Shown: positions 27,532 to 37,331 of the stretch, piece by piece
Layout of the letters: each line of letters opens with the position of its first letter
How positions within the stretch are numbered: position 1 is the stretch's first letter
Assembly: GCA_037441705.1 (NCBI GenBank)
Contig: JBBIRR010000009.1
Span: 20,110 to 84,109 of the forward strand
Reading direction: 5' to 3'
Length of the DNA: 64,000 nucleotides
Source: Ignavibacteriales bacterium
Lineage (GTDB): Bacteria; Bacteroidota; Ignavibacteria; UBA10030; UBA6906
Notes under the pieces: generated by a model
Databases searched by the model: none
What the model saw: only the letters and a program-made list of their open reading frames with translations
Told to the model about the DNA's origin: nothing
Position numbers and translations under genes: made by a program

Positions 27532-28170
27532 TCACTTCGCCCATCCCAACTTTCCGACCAGCGGGACGAACTTGAACCCGAAGGCCTCCTTGCGCTCGTA
27601 CTCCTCGCCGCGGCGTGTCACGACAAGAAGATTCTGGACATCGAGATCGCCCACCGGAATGACCAGCCTGCCGCCATCGGCAAGTTGCTTGAGAAGCGGT
27701 TCGGGCACGTCGGGTGCCGCGGCAGTAACAATGATGCCGTCATACGGCGCGAATTCGCTCCATCCAACTGTTCCATCGCCTACTTTTGATGCTACGCGAT
27801 AGCCGAGCCGATCCAGCACCTTTTGTGCACGGCTGAGCAATTCCATATGCCGCTCGATGGTGAAGACGCGCGCGCCCATTTCCGCCAGAATCGCCGCCTG
27901 ATACCCCGACCCCGTTCCCACCTCCAGCACTTTGTCGCCGGGCTTGACCTCGAGTGCTTGCGTCATGAATGCGACCGTGTAGGGCTGCGAGATGGTTTGC
28001 ATCATCCCGATGGGGAGTGCGGAATCCTCGTACGCTCGATTGGTGAACGGAGGCGGAACGAACAGATGCCGCGGCACTTTTGCCATGCTGGCCAGAAGTC
28101 GCTCGTCGCTGATGCCGCGCTCTTTCAGCAGCGCGATCATTTCCTGTATTTCTTCGTCGAATCTTCCCAC
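27532..28170 (-). CDS. pcm: Protein-L-isoaspartate O-methyltransferase
   Basis: VPRHLFV, QTISQPY, VLEVGTGSGYQAA and FVPLVG. Confidence 0.95.
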   Translation of the reverse strand: MGRFDEEIQEMIALLKERGISDERLLASMAKVPRHLFVPPPFTNRAYEDSALPIGMMQTISQPYTVAFMTQALEVKPGDKVLEVGTGSGYQAAILAEMGARVFTIERHMELLSRAQKVLDRLGYRVASKVGDGTVGWSEFAPYDGIIVTAAAPDVPEPLLKQLADGGRLVIPVGDLDVQNLLVVTRRGEEYERKEAFGFKFVPLVGKLGWAK

Positions 28171-28196
28171 GATGAATTCTCGTTGTTACATAACGT

Positions 28197-29015
28197 TTAC
28201 TCCGAGTTACGGATGAGCCGCATAATCGACCGGATGGATTTGTCGGAGTCTGTGGTGAGGCGTTCCTTCAGTTCGCGGCGCAGAACGGCGGGCGTGAAGC
28301 CGCGCTTGAGCACACCGTTCTCGGCCACCGAGATCGTTCCCGTTTCCTCCGAGACAACAACAACGACGACGTCCGCTTGTTCCGAGATGCCGAGCGCGGC
28401 GCGGTGGCGTGTCCCCAACTGCTGCCCCTCCCACTCCGCCGTGCTGGAAAGCGGCAGAATCACACGCGCGGCTTCGATGAGACGATCCTTGATAACGATC
28501 GCCCCGTCGTGCAGCGGCGATCTTGGATTGAAGATCGAGAGAATGAGGGAACGGCTCACGAGGGCTTCCATCTTGGTTCCCGTCTCTACATACGTCTTGA
28601 TGCCCGTCGCGCGAACGAAGATAATGAGCGCCCCCTGTTTCTTTCGCGAAAGCTCGGTCACCGCGCCAACCACTTCGTTGATCGATTCGTCAACGTCCAT
28701 CTTGATGAAATAGCGCACGGCAGGATTTCTGCCGACGAGGACCAGCAGGCGCCGCAATTCGGGCTGGAACAGGACGATGAATGCGATCACCCAGATGTCT
28801 GTCAGCGTGCGCAGAATCCAGCTCATGGCGCGCAGATTCACCGCCTGCGCAACGAAGGAGAACGCCAGAATCACCACCAGGCCGGCAAAGATCTGCGCTG
28901 CGATCGTTCCCTTCATCACCAGATACAAACGGTAGAAGATAAACGACACCAGCGCCACATCCAGCAGATCGACGAGCGTGAACGAGAGGAACCCTATTTT
29001 GAACAACTCTATCAC
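28197..29015 (-). CDS. cdaA: Diadenylate cyclase CdaA/DacA
   Basis: Three N-terminal TM segments, FQPELRR, PLHDGA, GTRHRAA and VSEETG. Confidence 0.93.
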   Translation of the reverse strand: MIELFKIGFLSFTLVDLLDVALVSFIFYRLYLVMKGTIAAQIFAGLVVILAFSFVAQAVNLRAMSWILRTLTDIWVIAFIVLFQPELRRLLVLVGRNPAVRYFIKMDVDESINEVVGAVTELSRKKQGALIIFVRATGIKTYVETGTKMEALVSRSLILSIFNPRSPLHDGAIVIKDRLIEAARVILPLSSTAEWEGQQLGTRHRAALGISEQADVVVVVVSEETGTISVAENGVLKRGFTPAVLRRELKERLTTDSDKSIRSIMRLIRNSE

Positions 29016-29905
29016 GCCACACCCGATTGTACGTGATGGTCGGCTGCTGCGCGCACGATGGCATCGGCAATCGTGATCGCGCGTTTTGTCGGAAGAACAT
29101 CATGCACGCGCAGGATACTGGCACCGTGCTGCACAGCGGCAACGGCTGCCGCCAGCGAACCCTCAAGCCGCTCATCCGGCGGCAGGTCCAGCAGGGCCCC
29201 GATGAAACTCTTGCGCGATGCGCCAACAAGAATCGGATAGCCGAGTGAACAAAATTCGTCCAGCCTGCCGATGAGCTGGAGGTTGTGTTCGAGCCGCTTG
29301 CCGAATCCGATGCCGGGATCGATCATGATTTGGTTGATGCCCGCCCGCCGCGCAATCGCAATTCCTTCGGCAAGATATGCTTTAACCTCGCCAATCAGAT
29401 CTTCATACGCGGGATTGAGCTGCATCGTCTTGGGTGTTCCTTTGATGTGCATAATAACGGCGGAGGCGCCGGCCCGGCCGATCACGTCAGCCATCCCGGG
29501 ATCGAAGCGCAACCCGCTGATATCGTTGACAATAGTCGCTCCGGCTTCGAGTGCTCGACGGGCAACATCGGCCTTGTAGGTATCAATGCTGATGGGGATG
29601 TCTGTCTCTTTTGCGAGACGTTCAATTACAGGAAGAACGCGACGCAACTCCTCCTCTACACTCACCGGCTCGGCCCCTTCCCCGTAGGCCGCACTCTTCG
29701 GACGCGTAGACTCCCCTCCCACATCAATGAAGTCGGCCCCCTCCTCAATCATCTCCAGCGCCCGTGCCACCGCTGCCTCCGGGTCCAGATATTTCCCCCC
29801 ATCCGAAAAAGAATCCGGAGTGACATTCAGAACGCCCATCAGGTGCGTACGCGAGGAGAGATCGTACTCGCGGCTGCCAAATCGGTATCGAAGAACCTCA
29901 GGCAT
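29012..29905 (-). CDS. folP: Dihydropteroate synthase
   Basis: MGVLNVTPDSFSDGG, GGESTRP, DPGIGFGK, SRKSFI and RVHDV. Confidence 0.95.
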   Translation of the reverse strand: MPEVLRYRFGSREYDLSSRTHLMGVLNVTPDSFSDGGKYLDPEAAVARALEMIEEGADFIDVGGESTRPKSAAYGEGAEPVSVEEELRRVLPVIERLAKETDIPISIDTYKADVARRALEAGATIVNDISGLRFDPGMADVIGRAGASAVIMHIKGTPKTMQLNPAYEDLIGEVKAYLAEGIAIARRAGINQIMIDPGIGFGKRLEHNLQLIGRLDEFCSLGYPILVGASRKSFIGALLDLPPDERLEGSLAAAVAAVQHGASILRVHDVLPTKRAITIADAIVRAAADHHVQSGVA

Positions 29906-29919
29906 GCTTCCGTCAAAGC

Positions 29920-29944
29920 AAAAAAGGTGACTTCCTCAGTCACC
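29920..29944 (-). terminator. Intrinsic terminator after the small basic ORF
   Basis: GGTGACT-5 nt-AGTCACC stem followed by a T6 run on the minus strand. Confidence 0.6.
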
Positions 29945-29954
29945 CTCTTGCGCC

Positions 29955-30056
29955 TCACGATGATGTTTTCTTTTCTCGTTCCGCCTTGCGCTTTGCCTTC
30001 ATGCGCTCGACGGCTTTCTTGTGCTTCTTCCGGACGGCTTTCAGTTTCTTGTTCAT
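29955..30056 (-). CDS. 33-aa highly basic small protein (not in ORF track)
   Basis: MNKKLKAVRKKHKKAVERMKAKRKAEREKKTSS*; AAGGA upstream and a terminator downstream. Confidence 0.6.
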   Translation of the reverse strand: MNKKLKAVRKKHKKAVERMKAKRKAEREKKTSS

Positions 30057-30071
30057 GCATTCGTTCCTTTT

Positions 30072-30698
30072 TTAGTTGATGACAAAACCATCGCTCTTGA
30101 TGATCCGCTCGACTTCACCGAGTCGTTCCAGCTTCGGGATGACATCTACAAAGTAGTCGTGAAGAAGTTTGAGCCGCTCGTTTTCCGAATCCAGCTCGAG
30201 TAGCACCTGACGCCGGGCAAGCTCCATCCCCGCTTTCTGCGCAACCCTGAAGGAAAACAGCGGATTGGTATCGTCATATTCCAGGCGATACGCTTCATCA
30301 CGATAGACAAGGTCCACAAGCTGATTGTGTAAACGCACGGTTTCGAGTGCGAGCGCGCTGTCCACCACCTCGTTCTTCAGAGACAGCATGGACACTTTGC
30401 CGAGGCTGTAGAGCGTGGAAGATGGCACCATGTCCATCAGCATGTATCGTCTTCTCCCCTCCACAAGGATGTCCATGCGTCCATCGGCATAGCGGGTGGT
30501 AAGTTTCACGACAACCGCTGTGCATCCCACCTTCGCCAGCCCGGCCTCCGTCACCAGGTTGATTCCAAACTCCTGGTCGCTGTCAAGACATCCGTTGATG
30601 AGCAATTTGTAGCGCTCCTCGAAGATGTGCAACGGCAGGACCGCCTGAGGGAATAACACCGCCTGCAACGGAAACAACGGCAGGAGTTGTTCGGACAT
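30072..30698 (-). CDS. LON peptidase substrate-binding domain protein
   Basis: LPLFPL..VLFP...LPLHIFEERYK, VGCTA and DGRMDI. Confidence 0.88.
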   Translation of the reverse strand: MSEQLLPLFPLQAVLFPQAVLPLHIFEERYKLLINGCLDSDQEFGINLVTEAGLAKVGCTAVVVKLTTRYADGRMDILVEGRRRYMLMDMVPSSTLYSLGKVSMLSLKNEVVDSALALETVRLHNQLVDLVYRDEAYRLEYDDTNPLFSFRVAQKAGMELARRQVLLELDSENERLKLLHDYFVDVIPKLERLGEVERIIKSDGFVIN

Positions 30699-30822
30699 GA
30701 CACTCACGCTCGATGTTCTGTTTCATGATAGAAAATTCTCCGCTGAACATCAAGGTAAGCACCTCAGGCAGATGGACTCCACCTTACCAGTAGGCAGAGT
30801 CCATCTTGCGGGACGGGGAGAT

Positions 30823-31569
30823 CTACCGCGCGTACTTCTTATACCGCTCGTTGATTCTTCCCCAATGGAGATTCGCGAGGAAGTTATCAATATAGGCGGC
30901 GCGCTTGGGACCATCCTTGTGGTAGTACGCATGCTCGAACACATCGCAGGGAATGAGCGGAATGCCTCCCCAGATGGCGCCGTAATGATGTTCGTCCACG
31001 AGGACGTTGAGCAGGCGTTTCGAGTAGAGCATGTCGTACGCAAGCACGCCCCAGCCACTGAGTTTCGCCGAGAGTGCCGTGGCCTTGAAGTCCGCCTTCC
31101 ACGCATCAATCGAACCGAATTCCTTCTCGATAGCCGCCTTGATATCAGGGCCTTTGTTCACATCGCCGTCGCCGCCCATCACCTCCCAATAGACGTCGTG
31201 CAGCAGCGTGCCCGCGTGATTCCACGTTGTGCGGCGTTTCAGCTCGCCAATCTGGCTATAGTTGCCGTTCGCTTTCGCGCGGTCGGCGGTTTCCAACTCC
31301 TTCTCGATCGTGTTGAGTGCGGTGACGTACCCCTTGTGGTGCGTGTTGTAGTGCCAGTCGGACGTCTCCGCGTCGATCACGGGTGCGAGGAGTTTTTTGG
31401 CCTCTTCGTCAGAGTACGGGCGGGGATTGAACTTCCATTCGTATGCCATGCGTTTATCCTCCTTTGAATGAGAAAATAAATGAAACGATGAATGTGGAAC
31501 AATCAACGGACTTCCGGCGGCAAGCGTTCCTGCCGCGGCAGCTTTCTTGAGAAACTCGCGTCGCTTCAC
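30823..31569 (-). CDS. Fe/Mn superoxide dismutase family protein with Tat signal (alternative internal start at 31449)
   Basis: RREFLK Tat motif; metal-ligand motifs HYNTHHKGY, NH...LHDVYW and DVFEHAYY. Confidence 0.9.
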   Translation of the reverse strand: MKRREFLKKAAAAGTLAAGSPLIVPHSSFHLFSHSKEDKRMAYEWKFNPRPYSDEEAKKLLAPVIDAETSDWHYNTHHKGYVTALNTIEKELETADRAKANGNYSQIGELKRRTTWNHAGTLLHDVYWEVMGGDGDVNKGPDIKAAIEKEFGSIDAWKADFKATALSAKLSGWGVLAYDMLYSKRLLNVLVDEHHYGAIWGGIPLIPCDVFEHAYYHKDGPKRAAYIDNFLANLHWGRINERYKKYAR

Positions 31570-31584
31570 AACCCCTCCTTCCGA

Positions 31585-32349
31585 TCAGAACCCTTTGATT
31601 TTTGCTGACTTCTTGTACGTCAATTGGACGGCGATCCAGCCGAGTGCCACAGCGCCGAGCAGATAGAGCGGACTATTCCCGCCGGGCGGACTTGTGTGCA
31701 TGTTGATCATCGTGTAGAACAGCGGGACGGAAAGAAACGTGTTGTGCTTCGATCGGGCAGCGACAAGAGCAACGATTGCCGGGTCGGGGGTTCCACCGTC
31801 CTTGACTGCGGCGATGACTTTCTTCTGCGAAGGCCAGATGCGCATCCACACATTCGCCGCCATGATCGTCCCAAACATCGCGCCCATGTGAATGTTGTAC
31901 GCCCGGTAGCTGTAGCCCGCCCCATCAATCATCAAATACATAACGGCCGCTATCAACACAAAGCCGATGGCGCCGAGCGAACGCAGTTCTTTACCGAGAG
32001 GAGACTTCGCCAGCGCGTCGTACACCGCAAATCCCCCAAAGGTTACCACCAGCATGATGATGGCGGCCGCATCCCAGCCGCGATCTCCCTCAAACATCAA
32101 TCCCCCATGATAAAACACCAACGCCAACAGCAGAATGCCGGTGACCCATGTGTACGCGGCTCCCCAACGGAACCAGTACAGCGCACGCGGCATCAATTCT
32201 GGCACCACCTTCTTCTTCGTCTCGGCGTCCATTGTTGGGGCAAATGGCGTATTGACAAAATTGAACCAGTAGAGCAAGCCAATCCACAGAATGCCGGCAG
32301 CAATGTGCAGCCAGCGAAAGAGAACTTCAAGCACTGGGGTGATTTCCAT
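31585..32349 (-). CDS. puuD: Urate hydroxylase PuuD-like membrane protein (no cytochrome c domain)
   Basis: RWLHI.AGI.WIG, WFRW.A, GTIMAANVW..IWP.QKK and RSKHN. Confidence 0.75.
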   Translation of the reverse strand: MEITPVLEVLFRWLHIAAGILWIGLLYWFNFVNTPFAPTMDAETKKKVVPELMPRALYWFRWGAAYTWVTGILLLALVFYHGGLMFEGDRGWDAAAIIMLVVTFGGFAVYDALAKSPLGKELRSLGAIGFVLIAAVMYLMIDGAGYSYRAYNIHMGAMFGTIMAANVWMRIWPSQKKVIAAVKDGGTPDPAIVALVAARSKHNTFLSVPLFYTMINMHTSPPGGNSPLYLLGAVALGWIAVQLTYKKSAKIKGF

Positions 32350-32638
32350 GGTGTTCTCCGAGAGTTGTGAGTAGTTGCTTTGGTACGATGGATAATCCGC
32401 TCAGGGAAGCGGCACTGAAAGTGGATCCGAAAGTCTGCACAAGAACTTTTCTCTTACCGCAGGAAGTTCAACAGAGACAAAGCGCGCCTTCTGTGTTGAA
32501 GGCCCTTCTATTTCAGCAAACCATCAACCGGAACGAGTTGCTTGCCGATGGGGTCAACGGCGTGCGTAGCGCTTGTGTCCAGGTGAGCGCTCGATATTTG
32601 CGATTTCAATGTCGACCGAAAAGGTTCCCATTGATTAT

Positions 32639-33013
32639 TCACACTCCAAACGATTGTCCGCAGCCGCAAGTGCGCGTGGCCTGCGGGTTGTTGAAGACGA
32701 AGCCCTTCCCGTTCAGTCCATCGCTGAAATCCAGCACCGTGCCGGAGAGAAAGAACAGGCTCTTCGGGTCAACGAACATTCTGATGCCGTACTGTTCCAT
32801 GATCTTGTCGTTCTCTCGCGGTTTCTCATCGAAGGCGAGAACGTACGTCATGCCCGAGCAGCCGCCGCCCTTGACACCGAGGCGAAGCCCATGATGTTCG
32901 GGAATGTTGTTCTCCGCTTTCAACTTCTTGACCTGATTCGCTGCCTTTTCCGTCAAGATAATCTCTTCGTTCAGCTCAGGCTTCGCCGGAATGTTTGCTA
33001 CCGTTGTTTCCAT
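32639..33013 (-). CDS. iscA: A-type Fe-S carrier (HesB/IscA/SufA)
   Basis: GGGCSG and NPQATRTCGCGQSF. Confidence 0.92.
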   Translation of the reverse strand: METTVANIPAKPELNEEIILTEKAANQVKKLKAENNIPEHHGLRLGVKGGGCSGMTYVLAFDEKPRENDKIMEQYGIRMFVDPKSLFFLSGTVLDFSDGLNGKGFVFNNPQATRTCGCGQSFGV

Positions 33014-33031
33014 CGAACCTCCAAAAATGAG

Positions 33032-33072
33032 AACTCTATAATCTCTATGAACTCTACCAACTCTCAGCTCTC
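33032..33072. repeat. Short 9-nt-period tandem repeat
   Basis: aactctata atctctatg aactctacc aactctcag. Confidence 0.55.
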
Positions 33073-33074
33073 GT

Positions 33075-33455
33075 TCAAAACCCCAACTCCAACTTGGCCG
33101 CTTCCGTCATCATGCTCGGATTCCACGGCGGGTCCCACACGACCTTGACAACAGCCTGCGTGACGTTGGGAATCGCCTTCACTTTCTCCTCTACCTGACG
33201 CGGAAGGAACTGCGCCGCCGGGCAGTGGGGCGTCGTCAGCGTCATCACCACCAACACACCGCCATCCGCGGCAACCTTCACGTCGTAAATCAATCCTAAC
33301 TCATAGATGTTGACGGGGATTTCCGGGTCGTAGCACGTCTTGATCGCCTCGACAACATTGTTGTAGATGATGCTTTGCTCGATGGCACTTAGCTGCCGCT
33401 GTTCCGCCTGCCCTTCGTTCTTCTGTTCCGGTGTTGGCTGATTGGTTTCTTCCAT
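33075..33455 (-). CDS. sufT: SUF system DUF59 Fe-S assembly protein
   Basis: DPEIPVNIYELGLIY, TLTTPHCP and WDPPW. Confidence 0.88.
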   Translation of the reverse strand: MEETNQPTPEQKNEGQAEQRQLSAIEQSIIYNNVVEAIKTCYDPEIPVNIYELGLIYDVKVAADGGVLVVMTLTTPHCPAAQFLPRQVEEKVKAIPNVTQAVVKVVWDPPWNPSMMTEAAKLELGF

Positions 33456-33476
33456 TATTTCTCTTCCTCACCAAGG

Positions 33477-33929
33477 CTATTCCGTGCTAACAACTTTTGT
33501 CTGCTCTTGCATGGCGGCATGCAGCGTGTGCCACGGCAGGCTTGCACACTTCACCCGCGCCGGAAACTCGCTCACGCCGGCAAACGCAGCAAGCTTACCG
33601 AGCGCATCCAGATTCGCCTCGCCGTTCATCTCGCCCGTCACCAACTTGTGAAACGTTTCGAACATGCGCTCGGCTTCGGCTTTCGTCTTTCCTTTCACGA
33701 TCGAGCTCATCACCGATGCCGATGCCTTGGAGATGGCACACCCGGCTCCCTGAAAACTAACGTCCGTGATGACGTCGCCATCCATTTTTACAAAGACGGT
33801 ATAGTGATCGCCGCACAGCGGGTTGTATCCCTCCACCGTTCGCGTGGGATCATCCATCGCTCGGTAGTTGCGGGGATTCTTGTTATGATCAAGAATGACT
33901 TCTTGATACAGTTCTCGTAATGCAGCCAT
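33477..33929 (-). CDS. sufU: SufU/NifU-like scaffold
   Basis: LYQEVILDH, NPLCGD, GCAISKAS and RVKCA. Confidence 0.92.
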   Translation of the reverse strand: MAALRELYQEVILDHNKNPRNYRAMDDPTRTVEGYNPLCGDHYTVFVKMDGDVITDVSFQGAGCAISKASASVMSSIVKGKTKAEAERMFETFHKLVTGEMNGEANLDALGKLAAFAGVSEFPARVKCASLPWHTLHAAMQEQTKVVSTE

Positions 33930-35188
33930 CAGCCGAGCACCTCTTTCACTTTCCGGACGGCTCTCACGAGCACATCGACTTCATCTTTTGTGTTGTAGAA
34001 AGCAAACGATGCACGCGCCGTTGCAGGGACGCCGAAGCGCTGCATCACCGGCTGCGCACAATGATGGCCCGTACGAATCGCGACGCCCTCGTAATCGAGA
34101 ATTGTCCCGATGTCGTGCGGGTGAACGCCTTCCATCACAAACGAGATGACGGCGGCTTTCTGTTTCGCCGTACCGATGATGCGGAGACCGGGGATCTCCA
34201 GCAGTCTTGCCGTTGCATACTGCAGTAATTCATGCTCGTAGGCCATCACCGCATTCATATCCATGGCGTTCATGTAATCAATCGCAGCGCCCAACCCGAT
34301 GCCGCCGGCGATGTTCGGCGTTCCCGCTTCGAACTTGAACGGCAGGTCATTGAACAGCGTTTTCTCAAACGTCACGGACTTGATCATGTCACCCCCGCCT
34401 TGATAGGGCGGCATCGCCTCGAGAAGTTCCTCTTTGCCGTACAGAATACCGACCCCCGTCGGCCCGAACATCTTGTGTGACGAGAACGCGTAGAAATCGC
34501 AGTCGAGCTGCTGCACATCCACCTTCATATGCGGAACAGCCTGTGCGCCATCGACCAGCACCGGGATACTCCGCGCGTGCGCCGTCGCAATGATCTCTTT
34601 GATGGGATTGATGGTTCCGAGGGCGTTGGAGATATGCGTGATGGCGACGATGCGTGTTCGTTCCGTGAGAAGTTTTTCGTACTCATCCAGAAGCAACTCG
34701 CCCGCGTCGTTGATGGGAGTGACACGGAGGCGGGCACCTTTCTCTTCACACATCAACTGCCAGGGAACGATGTTGGAATGGTGTTCCATTGCTGAGATCA
34801 CCACCTCATCGCCCTGCTTGATCTTGAGGCGGCCAAAACTGCTTGCAACGAGATTGATTCCTTCCGTCGTGCTGCGGACGAAAATGATCTCCTTCGTGGA
34901 GCGGGCATTGATGAAGCGCTGAACTTTCGCGCGGGCTGCTTCGTACGATTCGGTTGCCCGCTCACTCAAATAGTGCACACCCCGATGGATGTTGGAGTTC
35001 TCCTCGTAGTAGTAGCGCATGATGGCATCAATGACCACCTGCGGCTTTTGGCTTGTTGCCGCGTTGTCCAAATACACCAACGGCTTGCCGTTCACCTGAC
35101 GACGCAGTAGCGGGAAGTGAAAGCGACAGCTTTCCACCGGCATCGGAGCTTTCACCTTCTCCTCGGTATATGTCGCTGTGATTTCCAT
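33929..35188 (-). CDS. sufS: Cysteine desulfurase SufS
   Basis: YLDNAATSQKP, SSHKMFGP and RTGHHCAQP. Confidence 0.95.
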   Translation of the reverse strand: MEITATYTEEKVKAPMPVESCRFHFPLLRRQVNGKPLVYLDNAATSQKPQVVIDAIMRYYYEENSNIHRGVHYLSERATESYEAARAKVQRFINARSTKEIIFVRSTTEGINLVASSFGRLKIKQGDEVVISAMEHHSNIVPWQLMCEEKGARLRVTPINDAGELLLDEYEKLLTERTRIVAITHISNALGTINPIKEIIATAHARSIPVLVDGAQAVPHMKVDVQQLDCDFYAFSSHKMFGPTGVGILYGKEELLEAMPPYQGGGDMIKSVTFEKTLFNDLPFKFEAGTPNIAGGIGLGAAIDYMNAMDMNAVMAYEHELLQYATARLLEIPGLRIIGTAKQKAAVISFVMEGVHPHDIGTILDYEGVAIRTGHHCAQPVMQRFGVPATARASFAFYNTKDEVDVLVRAVRKVKEVLG

Positions 35189-35190
35189 TG

Positions 35191-36534
35191 CTACACCTCG
35201 ATTGTGCGTCCGTGTCGGAGCCGTTCCTGAATCATCACGTCGAGCTGTTCGCGCAGCGGCTCGACATGGATGCGGTTGATAATATCGCTTGCGAATGCAA
35301 ACGTGAGAATGTCCTTTGCCGTCTCTTCGCCGATGCCGCGGGAACGAAGGTAGAAGAGCTGTTCCTCATCCAGATGCCCGACGGTTGCCCCGTGCGTGCA
35401 CTTCACGTCGTCGGCAAAGATCTCCAATTGCGGTTTCGTGTCCATCGTGGCGTTGTCCGAAAGAAGCAAGGTCTTGTTCGTCTGCTTGGCGTCGGTTTTC
35501 TGTGCATCTTTGCGGACGAAGATTTTGCCGTTGAACACGCCGCGCGAAATGCCGTCGAGAATGGATTTGTACATCTCGTGACTCGCGCAGTTCGGCTTCG
35601 CGTGGTCGATCGTCGTGTGGTTGTCAACATGCTGCGTGCCCGTTGCAAGCGAGAGGCCGTTCAGTGTTGTTTCAATGCCTTCGCCGGCAAGAACGGCCGT
35701 GATGTTGTTGCGCACCAACGCCCCTCCAAGATTGACGGCATTGGAGACAACATTGCTCCGCGCCTGCTGTTGAAAGTGAATCGTGCCAACATGATACGCG
35801 TTCAGGCTTTCATCCTGCAGCTTGTCATGCTCTATGACCGCTTCCTCGCTGACGATGAACTCGGTAACAGCGTTCGTAAGGTACGGACGGGCCGACTGCC
35901 CCGTGTAGCTTTCCGCAATGGCCACTTTTCCTCGCGTCCCAACTACAATAAGATTTCTCGGATGGACGGAGAGCGGCTCCTCTCCTGCCGTCGTGTAGAA
36001 GACCAAATGGATCGGCACGTCCAGCGTTGTATCGTCGGGAATATGGATGAAGGCGCCGTCGAGCATGAAGGCAGTGCTTAACGCCGTGAAAGCATTGTCG
36101 TCGTACTGGACGTAGCGAGCAAGATAACGATGAGCGAGGGCGTCGCCGGACTTCAGCGCGAACGCAAGGTTCGTCACCACGACACCATCAGGGAGATTGG
36201 CAACGCTGGAGAGATGCGGTGCGTAATGGCCGTTGACAAAAACCATCCGCACACACGCCGTTCCGCCGAACGAGCGCTTTGCAATGTCCTCTGCCGTGAC
36301 CCGCGACGCATCCATCCGAGCCGCGGGGATGAATCGCGTTGCTGCAATCGGTGCAACGTTCGTGAAGCGCCACTCCTCCTCCCGCGTGGTGGGGAAACCG
36401 ATCGCTTCAAATGTCTCGATCGCCCGACGGCGGAGCGTATGCAGGTCTGACTTTGTTTCACCGTTCAGGCTTTTCTCAAACAGCTCGAAGCGCGATCGGT
36501 ACCATGCTGTGATGTTGACGACTTCTTGTCTCAT
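35191..36534 (-). CDS. sufD: Fe-S cluster assembly protein SufD
   Basis: EEWRFT, KPQLEIFADDVKCTHGAT and FYLRSRGI. Confidence 0.93.
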   Translation of the reverse strand: MRQEVVNITAWYRSRFELFEKSLNGETKSDLHTLRRRAIETFEAIGFPTTREEEWRFTNVAPIAATRFIPAARMDASRVTAEDIAKRSFGGTACVRMVFVNGHYAPHLSSVANLPDGVVVTNLAFALKSGDALAHRYLARYVQYDDNAFTALSTAFMLDGAFIHIPDDTTLDVPIHLVFYTTAGEEPLSVHPRNLIVVGTRGKVAIAESYTGQSARPYLTNAVTEFIVSEEAVIEHDKLQDESLNAYHVGTIHFQQQARSNVVSNAVNLGGALVRNNITAVLAGEGIETTLNGLSLATGTQHVDNHTTIDHAKPNCASHEMYKSILDGISRGVFNGKIFVRKDAQKTDAKQTNKTLLLSDNATMDTKPQLEIFADDVKCTHGATVGHLDEEQLFYLRSRGIGEETAKDILTFAFASDIINRIHVEPLREQLDVMIQERLRHGRTIEV

Positions 36535-36543
36535 GCCTTCACC

Positions 36544-37302
36544 TCACGCTGCCGCTTCTGCTTCTTCACGAAGCCAATCATAGCCGCGTTCCTCCAACTG
36601 AAGCGCCAACTCCTTGCCGCCGCTCTTCACAATGCGCCCATCCACCAACACATGGACAAAGTCGGGCACGATGTAGTTCAACAACCGTTGATAGTGGGTG
36701 ACGACGATGGTGGCATTCTCCGGACGACGAAGCTTGTTGACGCCGTCGGCGACAATGCGCAGCGCGTCAATGTCCAGTCCCGAGTCAGTTTCATCCAGCA
36801 CGGCAAGCGTCGGCTCCAGGACTGCCATCTGGAAAATTTCATTGCGCTTCTTCTCTCCACCCGAAAACCCCTCGTTCACGGGCCGATTGAGAAAACTCGG
36901 ATCCATATCCACCAATTTCAGTCGCTCTTTCACAAGCGTGAGAAACTCGACTGCGTCCAACGGCTCAAGTCCACGATGTTTGCGGATGGCATTAAGTGCC
37001 GATTTCAAGAAATAGCTGTTGGTGACGCCGGGAATTTCCACCGGGTATTGGAAGGCAAGGAACAATCCTTCACGCGCCCGCTCTTCGGGATCCATCTCGA
37101 GAAGATTCCTGCCTTTGTACAACACTTCGCCTTCGGTCACGGTATAGGCGTCGCGCCCGGCGAGCACCCCGGCAAGCGTGCTCTTGCCCGAACCGTTCGG
37201 GCCCATGATGGCGTGGACTTCGCCCGCGTTCACGTTCAGATTTACGCCGTGAAGAATTTCGTTGCCGTTAACAGAAGCGTGGAGATTTCGGATTTCAAGC
37301 AT
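36544..37302 (-). CDS. sufC: Fe-S assembly ATPase SufC
   Basis: [27 protein letters not shown] and LDETDSGLD. Confidence 0.95.
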   Translation of the reverse strand: MLEIRNLHASVNGNEILHGVNLNVNAGEVHAIMGPNGSGKSTLAGVLAGRDAYTVTEGEVLYKGRNLLEMDPEERAREGLFLAFQYPVEIPGVTNSYFLKSALNAIRKHRGLEPLDAVEFLTLVKERLKLVDMDPSFLNRPVNEGFSGGEKKRNEIFQMAVLEPTLAVLDETDSGLDIDALRIVADGVNKLRRPENATIVVTHYQRLLNYIVPDFVHVLVDGRIVKSGGKELALQLEERGYDWLREEAEAAA

Positions 37303-37331
37303 TGAGTTGTTCCAAGTTGATTGATTACTGA

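Noticed and set aside
29839-30060. 73-aa ORF from the track (MHEQETES...)
   Set aside because: Overlaps folP by 67 nt and reads through a terminator; the alternative 33-aa frame fits the RBS and terminator better.
32350-32638. Hairpins in the iscA-puuD spacer as a possible riboswitch
   Set aside because: Only short imperfect stems and no recognisable aptamer consensus.
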